Source: an uncultured delta proteobacterium
GTDB lineage: Bacteria > Desulfobacterota > Desulfobacteria > Desulfobacterales > Desulfosalsimonadaceae
Assembly (NCBI GenBank): GCA_963826785.1
Contig: CAWGYD010000005.1
Coordinates: forward strand, 96,001-160,000
Length of the DNA stretch: 64,000 nucleotides
Direction of reading: 5' to 3'
Both the position numbers and the translations under genes were made by a program. The notes beneath the pieces are model-generated. The model was given only the letters and a program-made list of their open reading frames with translations, was not told the DNA's origin and made no database searches. Positions 59,448-64,000 of the stretch are shown in pieces (position 1 is the stretch's first letter; each line of letters starts with the position of its first letter).

Positions 59448-61745
59448 ATGAAAAAAGACCAGATCAGTGTGTTGGAGGAAATTTTTCAGGTCATTGCAGA
59501 ATCTGAAAATCCCGATCAGACGTTAGACCGGATCGTCCAGATTATCGCCCGGCGGTTCTCGGTGGATGTCTGTTCGGTTTATGTCTATGATGCGCCCCGG
59601 AACCGGCTGGTTCTGCGGGCGACCGTGGGGCTCAGCCGCAATTCGGTAGGCTCCATCGAGATGGATCTCAGCGAGGGATTGACCGGCATGGCCATCGAAG
59701 AGTCACGGCCGGTCTTCGTCACCGATCCGTCCACCCATCCCCGGTTCAAGTATTATGCGCAAAGCGGGGAAGAGATCTACCGGACATTTTTAGCGCTGCC
59801 CCTGATTTATCACCAGCAGATCCTGGGAGCGATGGTGGTGCAGACGCTTTCCAGAGACGGAATATCGGAATCCGACATCCCGGTTTTCGAAAATATTTCC
59901 AGCCAGATTTCGGCAACGGTCGCCTATACCGGATTGATCCTGCGAAACGGCCGTCAGCCCTTTGCCAACGGGGCTGAAAATCAGCCGGTGATGTCCGACG
60001 GTGAATGTTATTACCGGCGAAACTGCTTGAGAGGCGAGGCGGTTTCGGAGTCGGTGGCAGAAGGCGCGGCCCATTACCTGCCCGAGACCATCGAGTTTGA
60101 CCAGGTCGGATGCACCTACGCCCCGGATGCGCAAACCGAGGACCAGCGGATCGAAAGCGCCTTTCTGGGGGCAGAAGAACAGATCCGCCGCATTGCCGAG
60201 AGGGCCAAGGCCATTTCCCCCGAAGAGGCGGGCATGGTGGAAGCCCACCTGATGTTTTTGTCGGACAAATCCCTGAAAAACAAGATCAAGGAAAAGATCG
60301 CGTCCGGAAACTGTGCCGAATATGCCTTAAAGCAGGTCATCATGGCCTACGTGGAAAAGTTCAGGGCGGTGGAAGACCCCTACCTGAGCGAACGTGCGGC
60401 CGATATCCTCGACATCGGCCGGCGGGTGCTGGACATGCTCATCGGCTCCAACGGCGAGCTTCACCGCACCTTCGAGCAGGATACCATCGTGATTGCCTCG
60501 GACCTGTCACCGGTGGATCTCCTGGCCATCCGGCAGCCCCGCCTGAAAGGCATCGTGCTCGCCAGGGGCGGCCGAACCTCTCATACGGTCATCCTGGCCA
60601 AGTCATTTGAACTCGCCATCGTCATCGGGGTGCACAATGTGATCGAAACCGTCCGTGAGGGGGATCACCTGATTTTAGACGGGGTGTCCGGGTTCGTGTT
60701 CGCCAATCCACCCGATGAAATCCGGGTGGAGTATGACCGGCGCCGGGCTGAAGAAAAGGCGATCGTCAAAAAACTGGAGAGCATCCGGGATCTGCCCGCC
60801 GTCACCACCGACGGCGCAACCATCGCGATGGGGGCCAATATCGGCCTGATGTCGGATACGGAGCTGGTCAAAAAATCAGGTGCGGACCACGTGGGGCTGT
60901 ACCGCACCGAATTTCCGTTCCTGCTGCGAAAGAGCTTTCCCACAGAAGACGATCAGTTTTCCATTTATAAAAAGGTGCTGGAAAACATCGAAAACCGATG
61001 GGTGACCATCCGGACCTTCGATGCGGGCGGGGACAAGTTTTTGCCCTACACGGATTCCCCCCGGGAAGAAAACCCGTTTCTCGGGTGGCGGTCCATCCGC
61101 ATCAGCCTGGATCTGGAAGAGGTGTTCCGCACGCAGATCCGTGCGATCCTTCGGGCTTCTGCATTCGGAAAAGTGAAAATGCTTTTTCCCATGATCACTT
61201 CGGTAAAGGAAATCCGCCGCATCACCGAAATCGTGGCTTCCGAAAAGCACAAGCTGAGCAAAGAAGAAATTGCCTATGATCAAGGCATTCAGCTGGGAAT
61301 AATGATCGAGGTGCCGGCCGCCGCCCGGATACTGGACCGCCTGTTGCGATACATCGATTTTGTGAGCATCGGCACCAACGACCTGGTCCAGTACCTCCTG
61401 GCGGTGGACCGCAACAATCAGAAAGTGGGCGGTCTTTATAATGCCCTGCATCCTTCGGTCATCGAGACCATTGCCGATATCACCGCCTTGTGCAAAGCCC
61501 ATCAAACCCCGGTGGGCATCTGCGGCGAGGCGGCCTCCCGCCATGAATGCCTGCTGCTGTATGCGGGAATGGGGGTGGATTCCGTCAGCATGACCCCCAC
61601 CTCCATCCCGGCGGCCAAGCAGTTCATCCGCCGGCTGAGCCAGACGGAGGCCGCCGGCATCCTGGAGGAAACCCGCCGCATGGAGGACACGGAGGTCATC
61701 GACCGGTTCATCCGTGACTATATCCAGCAGCACCATTTAGATTAA
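59448..61745 (+). CDS. ptsP: GAF-domain phosphoenolpyruvate--protein phosphotransferase (EI-Ntr type)
   Basis: N-terminal GAF domain; GGRTSH phospho-His, GLYRTEF, ENPFLGWRSIR, SIGTNDL, GICGE. Confidence 0.95.
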   Translation: MKKDQISVLEEIFQVIAESENPDQTLDRIVQIIARRFSVDVCSVYVYDAPRNRLVLRATVGLSRNSVGSIEMDLSEGLTGMAIEESRPVFVTDPSTHPRFKYYAQSGEEIYRTFLALPLIYHQQILGAMVVQTLSRDGISESDIPVFENISSQISATVAYTGLILRNGRQPFANGAENQPVMSDGECYYRRNCLRGEAVSESVAEGAAHYLPETIEFDQVGCTYAPDAQTEDQRIESAFLGAEEQIRRIAERAKAISPEEAGMVEAHLMFLSDKSLKNKIKEKIASGNCAEYALKQVIMAYVEKFRAVEDPYLSERAADILDIGRRVLDMLIGSNGELHRTFEQDTIVIASDLSPVDLLAIRQPRLKGIVLARGGRTSHTVILAKSFELAIVIGVHNVIETVREGDHLILDGVSGFVFANPPDEIRVEYDRRRAEEKAIVKKLESIRDLPAVTTDGATIAMGANIGLMSDTELVKKSGADHVGLYRTEFPFLLRKSFPTEDDQFSIYKKVLENIENRWVTIRTFDAGGDKFLPYTDSPREENPFLGWRSIRISLDLEEVFRTQIRAILRASAFGKVKMLFPMITSVKEIRRITEIVASEKHKLSKEEIAYDQGIQLGIMIEVPAAARILDRLLRYIDFVSIGTNDLVQYLLAVDRNNQKVGGLYNALHPSVIETIADITALCKAHQTPVGICGEAASRHECLLLYAGMGVDSVSMTPTSIPAAKQFIRRLSQTEAAGILEETRRMEDTEVIDRFIRDYIQQHHLD

Positions 61746-61903
61746 TTCCGCTTTTTTCCCCATTCTTTCGATCCGGATTTGACAATTGACATCGGTTTTC
61801 ACATTTGTCATATTTCAGGGTCGTATTTTGTCTTTTCTGTGTTTTTCCCGCGCATCTGATAGACGGATGATTCGGCGGCGGATCTACCCGCGAAAGGAAT
61901 GGT

Positions 61904-62875
61904 ATGGTCGTAAAACGACAGCCGGTTAAAAGGGTTGCCTTAATCGCGCTCGTTCTTGTTTCCTGTTTTTCCGTGATGGGACTCAGCCGCATCGAACTTT
62001 CCGACGGCAGTTCCATCGAAGCGGAAATATTGAGTGAAAAGCCGGATCTCGTGTTCGTGGATCTTGGCTTTACGGTCCTGGGAATCCCCCGTGATGATAT
62101 CATCAGCATTGCCGCCCAGGAAAACGGCGGCACGCTGGTCGAGGACGACGGGAACCTCTATAAACGGCTGGAAAAAGGCCAGAGCCTGCCGGTCAAGACC
62201 CTGGTGGAGCAGCTGGGGCCCTCTGTTCTTGTCGTTCAAACCCCCACCAGCCTCGGATCGGGCTTTATGATCCATCCGGACGGCTACCTGATTACCAACC
62301 ATCACGTGATTGCCGGAGAGCACCAGTTGTCGGTCACGGTTTTCGAAACCACCCGCCAGGGCATGCGCAATCTCAAGAAACACCAGTATGATGATGTCCG
62401 CATTGTGGCCACCAGCCCCGACTGGGACCTGGCCCTGTTAAAGATCGAGGGTGTTGAAAAACCGGACTTCCAGGCGGCGCCCATCGGCGACAGCAGCGCC
62501 CTGAAGCAGGGGCAGCCCGTTTTTGCCATCGGCAATCCCCTGGGTCTGGAGCGCTCCGTTTCACAGGGCATTGTCAGCAGCCGGAACCGGCTCGTCAACG
62601 GACGGCTCTATGTTCAGACCACCGCACAAATCAACGCCGGAAATTCGGGCGGGCCGCTGTTCAACCTCAAGGGCGAAGTGGTGGGGGTCAACAACATGAA
62701 GATCATATCCCAGGGGGCCGAGGGGCTCGGGTTTGCCATCCCCGCCGCCGTTTTGCGCTATTTCCTGGAAAATCGGGATGCCTTTGCTTTCGATGCCCGA
62801 AATGCCAACAGCGGTTACCGCTACAACACGCCGCCCATCCCGGCGGCAGCCGAAAAGGGAGAAAATGAAAATTAA
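61904..62875 (+). CDS. Exported trypsin-like (S1C) serine protease without PDZ domain
   Basis: GSGF..ITNHHV, DLALLK, AIGNPLG, INAGNSGGPL. Confidence 0.9.
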   Translation: MVVKRQPVKRVALIALVLVSCFSVMGLSRIELSDGSSIEAEILSEKPDLVFVDLGFTVLGIPRDDIISIAAQENGGTLVEDDGNLYKRLEKGQSLPVKTLVEQLGPSVLVVQTPTSLGSGFMIHPDGYLITNHHVIAGEHQLSVTVFETTRQGMRNLKKHQYDDVRIVATSPDWDLALLKIEGVEKPDFQAAPIGDSSALKQGQPVFAIGNPLGLERSVSQGIVSSRNRLVNGRLYVQTTAQINAGNSGGPLFNLKGEVVGVNNMKIISQGAEGLGFAIPAAVLRYFLENRDAFAFDARNANSGYRYNTPPIPAAAEKGENEN

Positions 62876-64000
62876 ATTTTCCATTATGGCCGTGGCCTTC
62901 ATCCTGGCGTCTGCATTTTCAGTCCATGCGGCAGCGCCGCCGTTCGAGTCCGTTCTGCCCGAAGACACGTTTTTGTGCATCAGCATCGACAGCATGAAAA
63001 CATTCTACAAAAATGCCAAGGACCATCCGCTCTACCAGCTGGCCCAGAACAAGGCGTTTGTAAAGCTGCTTTCCTCCCTACCCGGAAAGGCGGAATCGGA
63101 TCAGCCCGATCAAAATGACGAAAGTTTCGCCCAGGCCTTTGAGAAGGAAATGGGAATCAAACCGGAGCGTCTCCCCGAGCTTTTTCCCGGACAGTGGCTT
63201 CTGGCCATGACGGATGCCGATCTTGCGCAAATGGCGGCCGCAGAAGAAAGCGGCAATGCGGATGACCTGCCGATGACCCTGATCCTTTCCCACAGCGGCG
63301 ATACGGCGGCCATCAAGTCGATGATTTTCGCCTCCGCCCGATACGATGAAAAAAATGAAGGCGCCAAACACCGCATCATCGAGGAAACCTACCATGGCGC
63401 CCGGCTCTTTCACGAGGAAACGGAAAAAGACAACGTCACCACGGATGCCGGCTCCTATGCGCTGCTCGACGATGTCCTGATTCTGACCCGGTCCAAGGAG
63501 CGCGCCCGGGAAATGGTGATCCGGTTTAAAGATGTGCCGGAAAATTCATTCTACACGGGCAAACGGTTTGCAAAAATTCGGCCCCACTTGAAAAATACGG
63601 GCGCTTATGTCTATCTCAATTTTGAAAAGCCCGCGGCCATGCTCGCAGAAGCGGCAAAAAAGAAAGCCGCGGCGGCAAACCGGTCGAGTGAAAGCAAGGG
63701 GCCCATGGACATGGTTTCCCCGGAGTTGATTCTGCAGACCTTGAACCCCGGCGCCTTCGAGGGGTTTTTCCTGGGGGCGGACATCCACCCGGATACCAGC
63801 CGGATCAGCAGCGGTCTGCTGCTGAAGAACCGCACCGGGCTGGCATCACTGCTCCAGTTCGAAAACAAATCTCCCCAGCAGCCAGCATATGTGCCCGATA
63901 CCGTGGTGAGCGCCAGCGTCAGCCGGTTTGATATCGGCACGGCCTTAAACAACATGGAAGGCCTCCTGGCCCAGGCGCTTCCCTTTGTCAACGGCATGTA
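62865..64000 (+). CDS. Exported hypothetical protein (runs off the window end; absent from the ORF track)
   Basis: Hand translation MKIKFSIMAVAFILASAFSVHAAAPPFESVLPEDTF...; signal peptide; frame appears open to the end. Confidence 0.7.
   Translation, partial: MKIKFSIMAVAFILASAFSVHAAAPPFESVLPEDTFLCISIDSMKTFYKNAKDHPLYQLAQNKAFVKLLSSLPGKAESDQPDQNDESFAQAFEKEMGIKPERLPELFPGQWLLAMTDADLAQMAAAEESGNADDLPMTLILSHSGDTAAIKSMIFASARYDEKNEGAKHRIIEETYHGARLFHEETEKDNVTTDAGSYALLDDVLILTRSKERAREMVIRFKDVPENSFYTGKRFAKIRPHLKNTGAYVYLNFEKPAAMLAEAAKKKAAAANRSSESKGPMDMVSPELILQTLNPGAFEGFFLGADIHPDTSRISSGLLLKNRTGLASLLQFENKSPQQPAYVPDTVVSASVSRFDIGTALNNMEGLLAQALPFVNGM

Overview
Chromosomal window from an anaerobic deltaproteobacterium, most likely a Desulfobacterales-type sulfate reducer (inferred from gene content). 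No rRNA, tRNA, CRISPR array, prophage or transposase was recognised. In order: ogt (partial), RNase J and FtsK; a GT4 plus two-methyltransferase cluster; pyrD; a chalcone-isomerase-like/OmpA fusion; a minus-strand ilvD-ilvB-ilvN-ilvC-cimA-leuA operon behind a clear Leu/Val/Ile leader-peptide attenuator; rlmD, Usp, an Fe-S and HD-protein pair, a PAS-sigma54 activator and sfsA; an oxygen-defence island (rubrerythrins, desulfoferrodoxin, rubredoxins, flavodiiron protein, triheme cytochrome); a class II photolyase and a Nudix hydrolase; an hdrC-hdrB-hdrA-mvhD-fdhB-like-hdrA2-hdrD-like redox cluster whose last gene reads through an in-frame TGA at a conserved Cys position (probable selenocysteine, with a SECIS-like hairpin); a sigma54 promoter and GEMM-I (cyclic-dinucleotide) riboswitch with terminator ahead of a ~1500-aa, 10-repeat IPTL-CTERM surface protein; a cluster of secreted proteins, a beta-barrel and an NtrC-type two-component system; moeA, SRPBCC, YbjT-like, YbgA-like, ptsP and a trypsin-like protease. 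Several genes carry single-base indels or premature stops that are most simply explained as sequencing or assembly errors. All family assignments come from motif recognition by eye, not database searches.
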